A stretch of 64,000 nt of DNA, taken from an uncultured Clostridia bacterium. GTDB taxonomy: Bacteria; Bacillota; Clostridia; Christensenellales; Aristaeellaceae. Made by a program: the position numbers and the translations under genes. The number at the start of each line of letters is the position of its first letter. The first letter of the stretch is position 1. The stretch lies in assembly GCA_946413245.1 (NCBI GenBank), contig CAMKJS010000005.1:5845-69844 (forward strand). The letters run 5' to 3'. The notes beneath the pieces are model-generated. The model did no database searches, was not told the origin of the DNA, and saw nothing but the letters and a program-made list of their open reading frames with translations. Shown here piece after piece: positions 10,218-20,358 of the stretch.

Positions 10218-11628
10218 ACGGAACGCGGGAAGAATCCCGATCCACCTGGTTTATACAAATGGGAAAAGATCTGGAAGCCATGGCGGATGAACTGACCGGG
10301 GAGGTCTGCGGATGGAATGGACCGGAGACTGTGTATACGCCGGAGGAATTCGGATGGTCTCCCGGCGAAAAGGCAACATCCGCTATTCAGCAGGCTGTGG
10401 ACGCGGCAGCGGTGAACGGGGGCATTGTCCGCCTGAGCCATGGAAAATATCTCAGCGGAACGATTGAGATGCGATCCGGAGTATGCCTTGAGATCAGTGC
10501 CGGATCCGAACTGCTGGGAAGCACGTGCCTTGCGGACTATCCGGAACACTACGCGAAACGCCTGACGGTTCAGGATACCAGTATGGGCATGCATCAGTCG
10601 CTGATTGTTGCGGAAGGATGCGAAAACATCTGTTTGCGGGGCGGAGGCATCCTGAACGGGCAGGGAAGTCCTGCGAATTTCCCGGGATCGGAAACCGCTC
10701 AGGGAACACCCGGACGTCCGTTTCTGATTCGGGTCATTGACTGCAGCCGGGTACATATCGCGAACCTGACCATGAAAAACGCCGCATGCTGGATGCAGAA
10801 TTATCTGAACTGCGAGGATCTGCTCATTGAGGGGATCACCGTGCGGAATCATGCAAACTATAACAACGACGGAATGGATATAGACGGGTGCCGTAATGTT
10901 GTGATCCGTCACTGCCGGGTCAGCAGCGGAGACGACGCGCTGTGCTTTAAAGGTGCCGGTCAGTGCGAGCTTCGGCGTGTGCTGGTGGAAGACTGCGATT
11001 TCTATTCGGCATGCAACGCCGTGAAGGTGGGAACCGATACGCAGGGAGATTTCCGGCAGGTTCTGATCCGTCGCTGTCGGATCGGCGGACTGGCGGAGGA
11101 TCCGTCCGGACTGAAACATGCCTGCTCAGACAGTGGCATTTCCATCGAAATGGTGGACGGAGGGACGCTGGAAGACTTTCTGATTCGGAATATTGTTATC
11201 ACCAGAGCCTGGAGTCCTTTTTTCTGCGGCTGGAGAACCGGGGCAGAGTAAAGCCGGGTGACCCGGTTCCCGGGCCGGGTACGCTGCGGCGTGTTCTTTT
11301 CTGCAATATTACAGGAGATGAAAACGGCCCAAGGGGCTCCTACATGCTGGGAATCCCTGAGAAACCGATAGAGGATATTGCTTTCCGGAATATCATGATC
11401 CGGCAGAAAGCTTCTGCCGGACCGGTGCTGAAAGATTCGGATTTCAGTGAGATGCGCGGAGTCTACCCCGACGCGCATATGATCGATGAAACCGGGGATG
11501 CTCCGGCTTTCGGGTTATGGGCCCGCCACGTAAAAGGACTGTATCTGGACAATTATGAGGTACGCCCGACAGGGAATGATCAACGTCCATTCATTGAATT
11601 ATCGGATGTGGTCCCGGGAAGGGATTGA
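10214..11628 (+). pseudogene. GH28 pectin/polygalacturonase-like hydrolase, split by a 1-nt frameshift
   Basis: NNDGMD, SGDDALCFK and VKVGT motifs in 10214..11251; the beta-helix sequence continues in another frame (LRLENRGR...AFGLWARHVKGL) to 11628; the break is at a T6 run, 11218-11223. Confidence 0.8.
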
Positions 11629-11673
11629 ATAAGCCCCTGCTCGACACAGGAGCTTTGTATGATGCCATTATCA

Positions 11674-12933
11674 TCAACAATAAAGTACCTTTTCAATGAT
11701 GGACAGAGCGTTCTCCCGCGGTGATTTCGCGCCGGTGTCGACTGTCAGATCGTATCCGTCCCGGGGATACAAGTACGCTGCTGAAGATTCAGCGGATCCC
11801 GGGCATCTGTCACCCCGCGCCTGTTCTCTTTCCCTCAGGATCTCCGGCGGGCAGGTAATATGGACCATGCGCAAAGGATATGCATACAGCATTTCTTTTA
11901 ACTGCCGGAATATCCGTTCACTTGTAATCACATGATCGATAATAACGTCCGAGCCGGATCCCAGTATTTCCAGTGCCCGTTCACACAGATCGCCTGAAAC
12001 GGCGTAGACGTCATCCTCGTATATGGTTTCCATCGGGTTCGTTTCCATGAAATCATCAATTGAAACCACTTCGCAGTTCACGGACTTCTGCGCTTTGATC
12101 AGCACCTGCAGTTCTTTTGCCAGCGTGGATTTCCCGCTGCTGGAAGGGCCGTTCAGCAGGATCACCTGCCTGCCGGAAGAAACGCCGCCGCACAGCCTGC
12201 TTAAGGCGGTGTATTCCCGCAGATACATGCCGCGCCGCATCTCATCCTTATCCGTATAGGCGGCATGCTCCGAAAAGATCCGAATAATCTCATCCAGCGG
12301 GAGCCACCGGGGTTCCATGCCGACTTCCTTCTCCCGCTCTGTCAGATGAACGGCTGTCTCGCCGGTCATTTCCCCGAAGAAATACCGGTTGACCCACTTG
12401 AAATCCTCGTAATACTCGTCGATTTCCATTACGCATTCCGTGGGGCGGATCAGGAAACCCGTTTCCTCCGCAACCTCCCGGATACAGCATGTACGCTCGT
12501 CCTCACTGCCTTCGAGTCCTCCTCCCGGAAGCATCCACTGCCCGGTTACCGTTTCATAGGACAGCAGGATCCGGTTGTCGCGGATGACGATCCCGCGGCA
12601 GGCCGTGCGGGTTTTGTCCCATTTCCCGAAATAGTTGTCACCGACAATATCCACGATTCTTCTGTACTCATTCCGCAGCGTTGTCATCTGTTCAACAATG
12701 TCAGGATTCCAGGAGATCAGAGAAGGAAGTTCCGCGCATGGAAACTCCGGGCATAACCCGCAGAACGGAACGTGATGGTCCCTTGTGCATGCATGCACTT
12801 TGCACCTGCCGGACTCCGCCCATTCCGGAACGTGTCCGTCCGCCTCGATGCAGCCGGGGCATCTTCCGTCCAGCTTTTTCGGGCATCCGGTGCAGCATTC
12901 GCCGCAGGCGGTGATTGTTGAAAAGTCTGTCAT
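11674..12933 (-). CDS. Three-domain fusion: Cys-rich DUF3795-like, NUDIX hydrolase and chloramphenicol-phosphotransferase-like P-loop kinase
   Basis: ACGECCTGCP...CPGC...FCGLCPEFPC; Nudix box GGGLEGSEDERTCCIREVAEETG; Walker A LNGPSSSGKST; REQARGDR. Confidence 0.8.
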   Translation of the reverse strand: MTDFSTITACGECCTGCPKKLDGRCPGCIEADGHVPEWAESGRCKVHACTRDHHVPFCGLCPEFPCAELPSLISWNPDIVEQMTTLRNEYRRIVDIVGDNYFGKWDKTRTACRGIVIRDNRILLSYETVTGQWMLPGGGLEGSEDERTCCIREVAEETGFLIRPTECVMEIDEYYEDFKWVNRYFFGEMTGETAVHLTEREKEVGMEPRWLPLDEIIRIFSEHAAYTDKDEMRRGMYLREYTALSRLCGGVSSGRQVILLNGPSSSGKSTLAKELQVLIKAQKSVNCEVVSIDDFMETNPMETIYEDDVYAVSGDLCERALEILGSGSDVIIDHVITSERIFRQLKEMLYAYPLRMVHITCPPEILREREQARGDRCPGSAESSAAYLYPRDGYDLTVDTGAKSPRENALSIIEKVLYC

Positions 12934-13056
12934 AATCCATTCCCTTCCAGCGTCTGTCATAAGATCGTTTCAAGCTTTGTTTCAAGGTTCAGAGGAATGC
13001 ACGGTTTGCCTGACATCAATGCCTGAGCACCTTCATCCTCGCCATATACCGTCTTC

Positions 13057-13147
13057 CAATGATATCATACCGGAGAGAGCTCCGTCAAAGCGACACCGGG
13101 CTTTTTGGCTTTCCTTTGACTGAGGCTTGTCCGGTATGGTATCATTG
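13057..13147. promoter_or_regulatory. Mirror-image divergent sigma70-type promoters forming a 34-bp imperfect inverted repeat
   Basis: Arms 13057-13090 and 13114-13147 match at 28 of 34 positions; each reads TTGAC(G/T)-N18-TATCAT. Confidence 0.6.
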
Positions 13148-13189
13148 ATGCCGTAATCCTGACTGGCGCTGGGAGGAGGGAATGCCGGA

Positions 13190-13837
13190 ATGAACCCGGA
13201 AATCAACAAGGAAAAGGTCGAAACACTGTATGAGAGCCGGTTTCTCAAGTGTTTCGACCTGCAGTACGCGGAAGGAAAGCATTATTATGTGGCTTCACGG
13301 CGGGATAGGGAAGACCTGGCTGCGAAGAAGACGGATGAAGAATTCCGCTCGATGCTGCCGGATGCCGTGACGATTGCGGTGGTGCTGCACCTGCCGGGAG
13401 ATGAGACCCGCCTGCTGATGTCCTATGAATATCGCTATGCGGTAGGGCAGTTCCTGCTCAGCCCGGTGGCAGGCCTGCTGGATCCGGAGGACAGAGAAGC
13501 GGATAATCCTCTGGTGACGGCTGCGGTCCGGGAGATCCGGGAGGAATGCGGCCTGACGGTAAAGGAAAGCGACCGGATTACCGTGCTGAATCCATGCGCG
13601 TTTTCCACGCCCGGCATGACGGATGAAAGCAACGCGTTCCTGTGCGCCGAAATCACGCTGGACAACCTGGACGACCTGAACCAGAACGGTGCGGAAGGGT
13701 CCGAACTGTTTGACGGCTTTGAACTGCTGGATCGGGAACGCGCGCAGGAGATTTTCCGGACCGGCCGGGACGAGCACGGAAATTTCTATTCGCTGGCGGC
13801 CTGGATGGTGCTCAGCCTCTACCTGTCCATGTTTTGA
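13190..13837 (+). CDS. NUDIX hydrolase (ADP-ribose pyrophosphatase-like)
   Basis: Nudix box AGLLD...AAVREIREECGL; STPGMTDE motif; GGAGG RBS. Confidence 0.88.
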   Translation: MNPEINKEKVETLYESRFLKCFDLQYAEGKHYYVASRRDREDLAAKKTDEEFRSMLPDAVTIAVVLHLPGDETRLLMSYEYRYAVGQFLLSPVAGLLDPEDREADNPLVTAAVREIREECGLTVKESDRITVLNPCAFSTPGMTDESNAFLCAEITLDNLDDLNQNGAEGSELFDGFELLDRERAQEIFRTGRDEHGNFYSLAAWMVLSLYLSMF

Positions 13838-13843
13838 ACCGGC

Positions 13844-14131
13844 TTATTCTCCCTGCAGAATGCTGTTCAGGAGCTCCACATACTGCCGGAAGCTGTCCCG
13901 TCCGAGGGGCGTCAGCTCACAGGTTGTCAGCGGCTTTTTGCCGGCGAATTCCTTGCGAACGGTGATATACCCCGCCTCACTGAGCTTGCTGATCTGCACG
14001 CTGAGGTTCCCGTCCGTGGCGCCGGTGAGCTGCCGGAGGGCGGAGAACGAAAGGGGTTGCCGGATCAGGGCGCTGATAATCATCAGGCGCAGCTTCGACT
14101 GGAACATCTCCGGGATATTATTCATCTCCAT
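13844..14131 (-). CDS. Small winged-helix transcriptional regulator
   Basis: RLMIISAL...FSALRQLTGATDGNLSVQISKL.EAGYI...LTPLGR. Confidence 0.88.
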   Translation of the reverse strand: MEMNNIPEMFQSKLRLMIISALIRQPLSFSALRQLTGATDGNLSVQISKLSEAGYITVRKEFAGKKPLTTCELTPLGRDSFRQYVELLNSILQGE

Positions 14132-14879
14132 GAACGGAACCTCTCTGCTTTACAATGCAATAAATGCCCATGCCGAGGTAAACAAAGATCTGGATAAAGG
14201 AGGCAATGCTGCTTCTTATACCGATAACACCTGTCAGCTGCATGAAATAATTGCTTTCACTCATCCAGGTTTCTCCCAGGGAAATGCCGCAGGTATACAG
14301 GGTAATCAGCAGGATGATGAGCACAGCCGAAGCAATCTTCAGGAGCCGGCTTCCGATATAGTGACCGGTAAAGAAAATACACATATATAAAGCCGTGTTT
14401 TTGACGGCGCTGATAACGATGCGCAGCATGGCGAAAGATACCGCAGGCAGGCGGTTTCCGGCCATTACGGCAATCAGGGAGATCACCAGTTCCAGGGCTG
14501 CCGGCGCGAACATAATGACGCCCCACAGGTCAAAGAGCTTCATCGTGTGCTCGCTTTCGGTTTTCACAATGGCGGCGCGCCTGCGGAGGAACAGCACGAA
14601 GAGCACAGCGATCACGACATAGGTCAGGAGTGACAGGATGATGGAGACGTTGCCGGTGGTTTCCACCGTGGCAGCCCGGGCAAGAATCAAGGTGGAAGAA
14701 AGCTCGAACAGGGAATAGACGAGGAACACCAGGCCATATACGAGGAAGAGCCAGCCAAGCCGGCGCATATTGATCTCCGTGTGGTCTATCATTCGCCGGA
14801 TCAGCGCGATATCCTCCATTGCGGACCGGACGGTTTCCTCCCGGTTGTTGTCACGGGGTTCGGATATTTGTTCTGACAT
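14118..14879 (-). CDS. Multi-pass membrane protein, co-transcribed with the wHTH regulator
   Basis: About six hydrophobic segments; AAAGGAG RBS; overlaps the downstream gene. Confidence 0.75.
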   Translation of the reverse strand: MSEQISEPRDNNREETVRSAMEDIALIRRMIDHTEINMRRLGWLFLVYGLVFLVYSLFELSSTLILARAATVETTGNVSIILSLLTYVVIAVLFVLFLRRRAAIVKTESEHTMKLFDLWGVIMFAPAALELVISLIAVMAGNRLPAVSFAMLRIVISAVKNTALYMCIFFTGHYIGSRLLKIASAVLIILLITLYTCGISLGETWMSESNYFMQLTGVIGIRSSIASFIQIFVYLGMGIYCIVKQRGSVHGDE

Positions 14880-14938
14880 ACAGGTTTCTCCTTTGCATGA
14901 TGTTTCCGGAAAGCGGATGACGATCCTGCCTTTCAGGA

Positions 14939-14957
14939 TACTTTATAATATAAAGTA
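14939..14957. promoter_or_regulatory. Palindromic operator overlapping the -10 region of the 14879 operon
   Basis: tactttata-a-tataaagta; the minus strand reads TTGACA-N17-TATATT across it. Confidence 0.6.
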
Positions 14958-15211
14958 CTTTACAAATATTGTCAATACTTTCCCAGTGATTATTTCGATA
15001 TATCAGATACCCTGATTGCATTGCCTGATTTCAGGTGATTGCCTGTGGTCCTGCCCATGAAAAAAGAAAGGAGTGAAGAATGAGATGACAGGCGACACTG
15101 ATAAAGCAGGCGGTGAGGGAACTGCTGTATTTGCCAATGAAGCCATCAGCGCGTTCTGTGCGAAATGACAAGTATTGGTCAGCGAAACAACAATCATCGG
15201 ACATTTTTTTG

Positions 15212-15240
15212 TTGACTTTGCAGGGCCTGTTCAGTATAAT
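15212..15240 (+). promoter_or_regulatory. sigma70/sigmaA promoter
   Basis: TTGACT-N17-TATAAT. Confidence 0.7.
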
Positions 15241-15319
15241 GCCAAAGGTTGTGCGTGAGCCGACCTGAATTGACGACGGGGGGCAAAAGAACCGAATCCC
15301 CCGGGAAAAGAGGAAGAAC

Positions 15320-15847
15320 ATGAAGAAACTGTTTGCTCTGGTACTGGCCCTGTGCCTGCTGTGCGGCTGCACCGCGATGGCTGAGACCGCGACGAACGAG
15401 ATCACCTGGGAACAGGTTGCTCCCCTGGTCGAAGCCGGAAACGTGACCGGTGATTTCTACACCTTTGCGCAGATCGCCGTCGCGATCTGGATCCCGACCG
15501 GCCTGGTCCCCGCGGAACTGCCCGATGAAAGCTACATCGGATACTTCGTTCCGGAAGACGGCTCCGAAGGCGCTGTCGCCGTATGCTATGTTGACATGAA
15601 CGGCGCGGATCTGGAAGCGTATAAGGATGCTGTTGAACAGGCCGGCGCTACCGGCGTCGAGATGGGCACTGTGAACGGCCTTCCCTGCGTTTCCTACGAG
15701 CTGCCCGAACAGGCGACCGTGTGCGTAGCCTTCACGACCGAAGCCGGCTATGTTCTGGAAGTAGCGATCGCTCCGGCCGCCTCCGACGAAGAAAAGCTGG
15801 CCGCCAGCGTGATCATGGCTTCCATCCAGTCTTACGACGCGGAATAA
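15320..15847 (+). CDS. Secreted acidic hypothetical protein
   Basis: Signal peptide MKKLFALVLALCLLCGCTAMA; biased codon use; followed by a hairpin plus T-tract at about 15872-15910. Confidence 0.8.
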   Translation: MKKLFALVLALCLLCGCTAMAETATNEITWEQVAPLVEAGNVTGDFYTFAQIAVAIWIPTGLVPAELPDESYIGYFVPEDGSEGAVAVCYVDMNGADLEAYKDAVEQAGATGVEMGTVNGLPCVSYELPEQATVCVAFTTEAGYVLEVAIAPAASDEEKLAASVIMASIQSYDAE

Positions 15848-16032
15848 TCACGGAACTGAACGAATCGACATGAAACGGGATGTGTCATAACGGCACATCC
15901 TGTTTTCTTTCTTTCCGGCGCAAATCCTTCATGGAGGAACAGACCCGAATTTGACAAACTGCCTTTCCGATGATATGGTTTACCTGCAATTTGTCGGAAA
16001 AACAACAATCAGCCGGACAGAGGAGGCGTTTT

Positions 16033-16584
16033 ATGAAAGAGCATTTGGAAAACCGGCGTGTTCGTATGACCAAGCGCCTGATCAAGGACGCTTTGCTGGA
16101 TCTGCTGGCGCAGACCGAACTGTCCCGGATCTCCGTGACCGCGCTTTGCGCGGCGGCGGATGTCAATCGCTCGACCTTTTACGCATACTACACGAGTCCG
16201 TCTGATCTGCTCCGGGATATTGAACAGGATATGCTGAACCGGATTCCCGCGCCGCCGTATTATCAGAACCGGCACGGGGAGGAACGCCTCCTGTCGATCA
16301 CCACGGCTTATTTTGACTATGTCAAAGAGAACGAGAGGGTTTTCCGTATTCTCTTCAGCAAGTCGGTAAACGCTGAATTCTCTTCCCGGATAGTGGATCT
16401 GCTCTGCTCGCAGCTGATTACCGACGTCGAAAACGAGGATGAGCTTTCCTCACGCTTTTTGCGGCTCTATATTGCCAACGGCACTGTCGGCATGCTGAGG
16501 GAGTGGATCGAGGCCGGCTTTCCGATCAGCAGCCGGGAAATTGCGAAAAAGATGTACTATTTTTCCCGAAAGATCACAGCATAA
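16033..16584 (+). CDS. TetR/AcrR-family regulator
   Basis: AGGAGG RBS; RRVRMTKRLIKDAL...ISVTALCAAADVNRSTFYAYY helix-turn-helix. Confidence 0.92.
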   Translation: MKEHLENRRVRMTKRLIKDALLDLLAQTELSRISVTALCAAADVNRSTFYAYYTSPSDLLRDIEQDMLNRIPAPPYYQNRHGEERLLSITTAYFDYVKENERVFRILFSKSVNAEFSSRIVDLLCSQLITDVENEDELSSRFLRLYIANGTVGMLREWIEAGFPISSREIAKKMYYFSRKITA

Positions 16585-16740
16585 GCTGAACAATGTTTTG
16601 AAAACAACATATTCTCTATATATGTCGGTATAACAACAAAGAGTACTGAATCACGGTTCTCTTCGGCTTTTGTATGCTACAATGCATTGAATCGCCTGTG
16701 TATTCCAGGGCGGAGGAAAAAAGCAGAAGGGAGAATTTTC

Positions 16741-17310
16741 ATGCTGTTCAGCACGCTTGACACCCTGAAAAGAAAGATGGTGATGGGGATCATTTTCTTT
16801 CTGTTTATGGGTCTTACGCTGGTTATTATACCGGTGTCTTCCATTCCGATTCTGGGGAAAGCCTGTGGCTTTTGCCTTCTGTGTCTGTCGATCCTGAAGG
16901 TATTTGATTTCGTGAGCAGCAAAAAAGGACTGGCCCATTATATCGGGCTGACCGTCGGGCTGTTTACCGGCGTCGCGGGGATCGCGTTTTTCACGTTTGA
17001 AGGATTGTTTATGGGGCTGCTGAACTGGCTGACAGGGACCCTGCCGATTCTGCTGGGCGCTGTGAGCCTGTATTATGCGCTGACATATTTACGGCGTTCC
17101 GGACGGAAAGGCTGGTGGGTATTCGTGATTCTGAGCTGCCTGCTGCTTGCGTTCGGCACGGTTCTTTTCGTGAATCCGTGGGCGTACGACGAGCGCTCTG
17201 TCCTTTGGATCATCGGGGGGACGCTGTTCTATTCAGCAGTGGTCTATATAATCTGCCTGTTCTGGATCTGGCCGTTTCAGCAGAAGAACATGGGGGAGGA
17301 AGAAAAATGA
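16741..17310 (+). CDS. DUF308/HdeD-like membrane protein
   Basis: About six TM helices with the G..LFVNP pattern; ATGA overlap with the next gene. Confidence 0.65.
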   Translation: MLFSTLDTLKRKMVMGIIFFLFMGLTLVIIPVSSIPILGKACGFCLLCLSILKVFDFVSSKKGLAHYIGLTVGLFTGVAGIAFFTFEGLFMGLLNWLTGTLPILLGAVSLYYALTYLRRSGRKGWWVFVILSCLLLAFGTVLFVNPWAYDERSVLWIIGGTLFYSAVVYIICLFWIWPFQQKNMGEEEK

Positions 17311-18920
17311 CGGAGCAGAAAAACACAAAAAGGGGGAAATCGCGTGCCGCCGCAATTATGGGCATATTCGCGAAGCACAACTTTTATGCGAACGGGTTTA
17401 CTCCGTATGAACTCCGCACGACATTGGAGGATCTCGGCCCGACGTATGTAAAGATCGGTCAGATTATGTCCAGCCGTACGGACATGCTTCCCAAAGCATA
17501 CTGCCGTGAGCTGGAGAAGCTTCGCAGCAGTGTAAAGCCGCTGCCGGCCGAGACGGCACGCGCTGTCATCGAAAGGGAGAGCGGAAAAACCATCGATGAA
17601 ATTTACAGCGAATTCAGCGATAAGCCGCTGGGGTCCGCTTCCATTGCGCAGGCGCATTACGGCGTCCTGAAGGACGGTACGAAGGTGGTCACAAAGGTTC
17701 AGCGCCCCGGCATCGCGGACATGATGAAGGAGGACTTTGTCCTTTTGAAGAAGCTTGCCGGGATGCTGAACCGGTCGCCGGAAGAGGACGAGGGCTCTGA
17801 AGCCCTCGACCTGACAGCCATCCTGGAGGAACTTGAAAAAGTGACCTGGGAGGAGCTGGATTTCCGGGTTGAGGCAGATCATACCAGACTGTTCCATGAT
17901 CTCTGCATCGAAGATGAAACAGTGGTTTCCTGTCCGAAGATCATTGACGAACTGTCCACAGAGCGGATTCTTACGATGACCTTTGTTGACGGGTATTCCA
18001 TTTCACATAAGGATCGCCTGGAGCAGGATGGGTATGACTGCAATGAAATCGGGAGAGCGCTGGCAAACAACTATCTGCACCAGGTAATGGATACCGGATT
18101 CTTCCATGGCGACCCGCATCAGGGAAATATCATGATCAGCAACGGTGTGCCGTACTGGATTGACTTCGGTATGGTGGGACGACTCAGTGAGGCCAACATC
18201 AGCGCGATCCAGAATCTGATCTTTGCACTGGTCCAGGAGGATATAGAAGCGCTGACTAATGCCGCGCTTGCCATGGGAACCGTCAAAGGAAAGCTCAACA
18301 AAACACGGCTGATGGACGATCTGGAAAGCCTGATTTCCAGGTATATGTCGGCCACAAACCTGAAGGATATCGATGCCGGGAAGCTGATGAGCGAGCTGAC
18401 GGATCTCCTGAGTGAGAATCATATCGTCGTTTCCGCAGAGTATACGATGATGATCCGGAGCCTGGTTACGATGGAAGGCGTGCTCGAGGTTCTCTGCCCG
18501 GAACTGGATCTGTTCAGTTTCCTCCAGGAAAAGCTGCTTTCCCGGGCCAAGGAAAACATTGATGTGAAAGGACAGCTCGCTTCCTCGCTGGAATCCATAG
18601 CAGCCTCAGCGATCCGTTCGGTCAGGCTGCCGGGCCTCGCCGCCGATGTGCTTCGCAATCTGGTGAAGGGCAGGACGAGAATTACCGTCGAAGCGGCAGG
18701 ATATGAAGAACCGTTCCGCATTTTCATCGATGTGATCAAGAACGTGGTGCTTGCTGTATTCGCCTGTGTATTGTACAGTGGGTCCTGCACGCTCTGCAAC
18801 ACAAAGATGGCGCCGATGGTGGACGATATCCCCCTGTTTGCTTTCATTGGATTTGCCGTATCCATATCGCTGGGTATCTATGCGGTCAAAAACCTGATTA
18901 AAGCTGCGAAGAAACGCTGA
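17307..18920 (+). CDS. ABC1/UbiB (AarF) atypical protein kinase
   Basis: LGPTYVKIGQ, LGSASIAQAH, KVQRP, ELDF, FFHGDPHQGN, IDFGMVG; two C-terminal TM helices. Confidence 0.93.
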   Translation: MTEQKNTKRGKSRAAAIMGIFAKHNFYANGFTPYELRTTLEDLGPTYVKIGQIMSSRTDMLPKAYCRELEKLRSSVKPLPAETARAVIERESGKTIDEIYSEFSDKPLGSASIAQAHYGVLKDGTKVVTKVQRPGIADMMKEDFVLLKKLAGMLNRSPEEDEGSEALDLTAILEELEKVTWEELDFRVEADHTRLFHDLCIEDETVVSCPKIIDELSTERILTMTFVDGYSISHKDRLEQDGYDCNEIGRALANNYLHQVMDTGFFHGDPHQGNIMISNGVPYWIDFGMVGRLSEANISAIQNLIFALVQEDIEALTNAALAMGTVKGKLNKTRLMDDLESLISRYMSATNLKDIDAGKLMSELTDLLSENHIVVSAEYTMMIRSLVTMEGVLEVLCPELDLFSFLQEKLLSRAKENIDVKGQLASSLESIAASAIRSVRLPGLAADVLRNLVKGRTRITVEAAGYEEPFRIFIDVIKNVVLAVFACVLYSGSCTLCNTKMAPMVDDIPLFAFIGFAVSISLGIYAVKNLIKAAKKR

Positions 18921-18970
18921 GGGACTATATAGCACGTGATCCTGCCGGAACGGAGAGAAAGGAGAGAGAG

Positions 18971-19885
18971 ATGTCAGAGCTTCATGAAAAAACGGGACTT
19001 CCGGAGGAACCGAAAGCATCCCGGGCGATCTCGGCGGGAAATGACAAGGACAGGGCTGAGCTGGAAAAGAACATGCTTGCGCAGGTAAAGAAAATGATAC
19101 CGGTCATCTTCGGCCTGTCCAAAGCGGATCCGATCGCCTGTAAAGAGCGGATCGTTCAGCAGGCCGGAAAACTGATCAGGAATCCGGGTCAGTTCTCCGA
19201 GGATTTCTGGGATTCCCTTTTCGGAACCGGAGCGGACGGTATTTCCAGAGAGAACGACGCGGAAAAAAAGGGAAAGATTGACTTTACGATGGATCTTCCG
19301 GCTCCGGTCAGAATGCCTGCCGCTTATTCTGTCGCCTACCGCCGCCTTGACGGGGGAAAAAGGGAAGTCGTTACGCTGCTGGAGAGGGACGAAGAAGGAA
19401 ACATTCGCTATCTTGATGCCGGAAAGGAGGATGTTTTTGTCAGGACAGGAGACGGTTTCCGCAGGTATCCGGTTCCGGCCGGGAAAAAAGGATTCGGTGA
19501 ATGGGACGGCCTTTTGCTGAGCGCCAGGAGTGTTCGCAGGTTAACGGATCATTTCTGGAACCTCGCGGATCAGACATTTATCAAATGGCTTGGCGCGGAG
19601 CGCATAAAGGAAACAGAGTATCTCGGAAGGCCATGCGGCTTGTACCATGCGCAGCCGGGTACCATTACGTTCACCTATCAATGTGATATGATCATCGACG
19701 ACGGAACCGGAATCTGTCTTGGCTATACAGCCGACGAACTTCTGAAAGGGGCGGTGTTCGACATAACAGAAGACGGCAGAATCCGGATCGACATCGGTGA
19801 TTACAATATCGGCGGCGCTGAAATGAATTTCCGCTGCACAAAATTCGAAACGGAAAACATTTCTTTTGATATTCCCGCCGTTTGA
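18971..19885 (+). CDS. Hypothetical protein
   Basis: 304-aa ORF with AAAGGAG RBS; no motif recognised. Confidence 0.7.
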   Translation: MSELHEKTGLPEEPKASRAISAGNDKDRAELEKNMLAQVKKMIPVIFGLSKADPIACKERIVQQAGKLIRNPGQFSEDFWDSLFGTGADGISRENDAEKKGKIDFTMDLPAPVRMPAAYSVAYRRLDGGKREVVTLLERDEEGNIRYLDAGKEDVFVRTGDGFRRYPVPAGKKGFGEWDGLLLSARSVRRLTDHFWNLADQTFIKWLGAERIKETEYLGRPCGLYHAQPGTITFTYQCDMIIDDGTGICLGYTADELLKGAVFDITEDGRIRIDIGDYNIGGAEMNFRCTKFETENISFDIPAV

Positions 19886-19941
19886 GGAACACAGAACCTA
19901 AACACAAAGAAACGATATGTCAAATGAAAGGAGTCATACGT

Positions 19942-20358
19942 ATGGCATTTGGATTTATGAAAAAAATCAGTCCGGAGTACGTTGTGGAGCATGCGATCAC
20001 GGATATGAAGACCTCGGGCCTTGAAGGCCTGAAGCCTTATCTCACCGATCGGGCAGAGAAGAACGTGGAGACGATCATATCGGTATCCAAAGGAGTAGGT
20101 CTTCTGACGGGGGGCAATAAGGTTTCCGTTCTTTTCGACAGGCTTGCCGAATGTGACTGGACCGTCGTCGATATTCTGAAGGGGTCAGAGAGCGCGAAAG
20201 CGGTTCTTGGGTTTGCAATCAATAACGGAACCGATGAGATTGCGGGAACCTTCCAGCTCACTTTGATCAAGGAAGAAAAGGAATGGAGAATTGACGGCGT
20301 GGATATGCCGCAGTTTACGAAGTATACAGTTGCCGGTACGAATGATCCGCAGGCGTAA
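19942..20358 (+). CDS. Hypothetical protein (possible NTF2-like fold)
   Basis: AAAGGAG RBS; C-terminal LTLIKEEKEWRID pattern. Confidence 0.65.
   Translation: MAFGFMKKISPEYVVEHAITDMKTSGLEGLKPYLTDRAEKNVETIISVSKGVGLLTGGNKVSVLFDRLAECDWTVVDILKGSESAKAVLGFAINNGTDEIAGTFQLTLIKEEKEWRIDGVDMPQFTKYTVAGTNDPQA

Noticed and set aside
15086-15169. 27-aa ORF MTGDTDKAGG...
   Set aside because: RBS spacing is poor, the nearer ATG stops after two codons, and there is no other support
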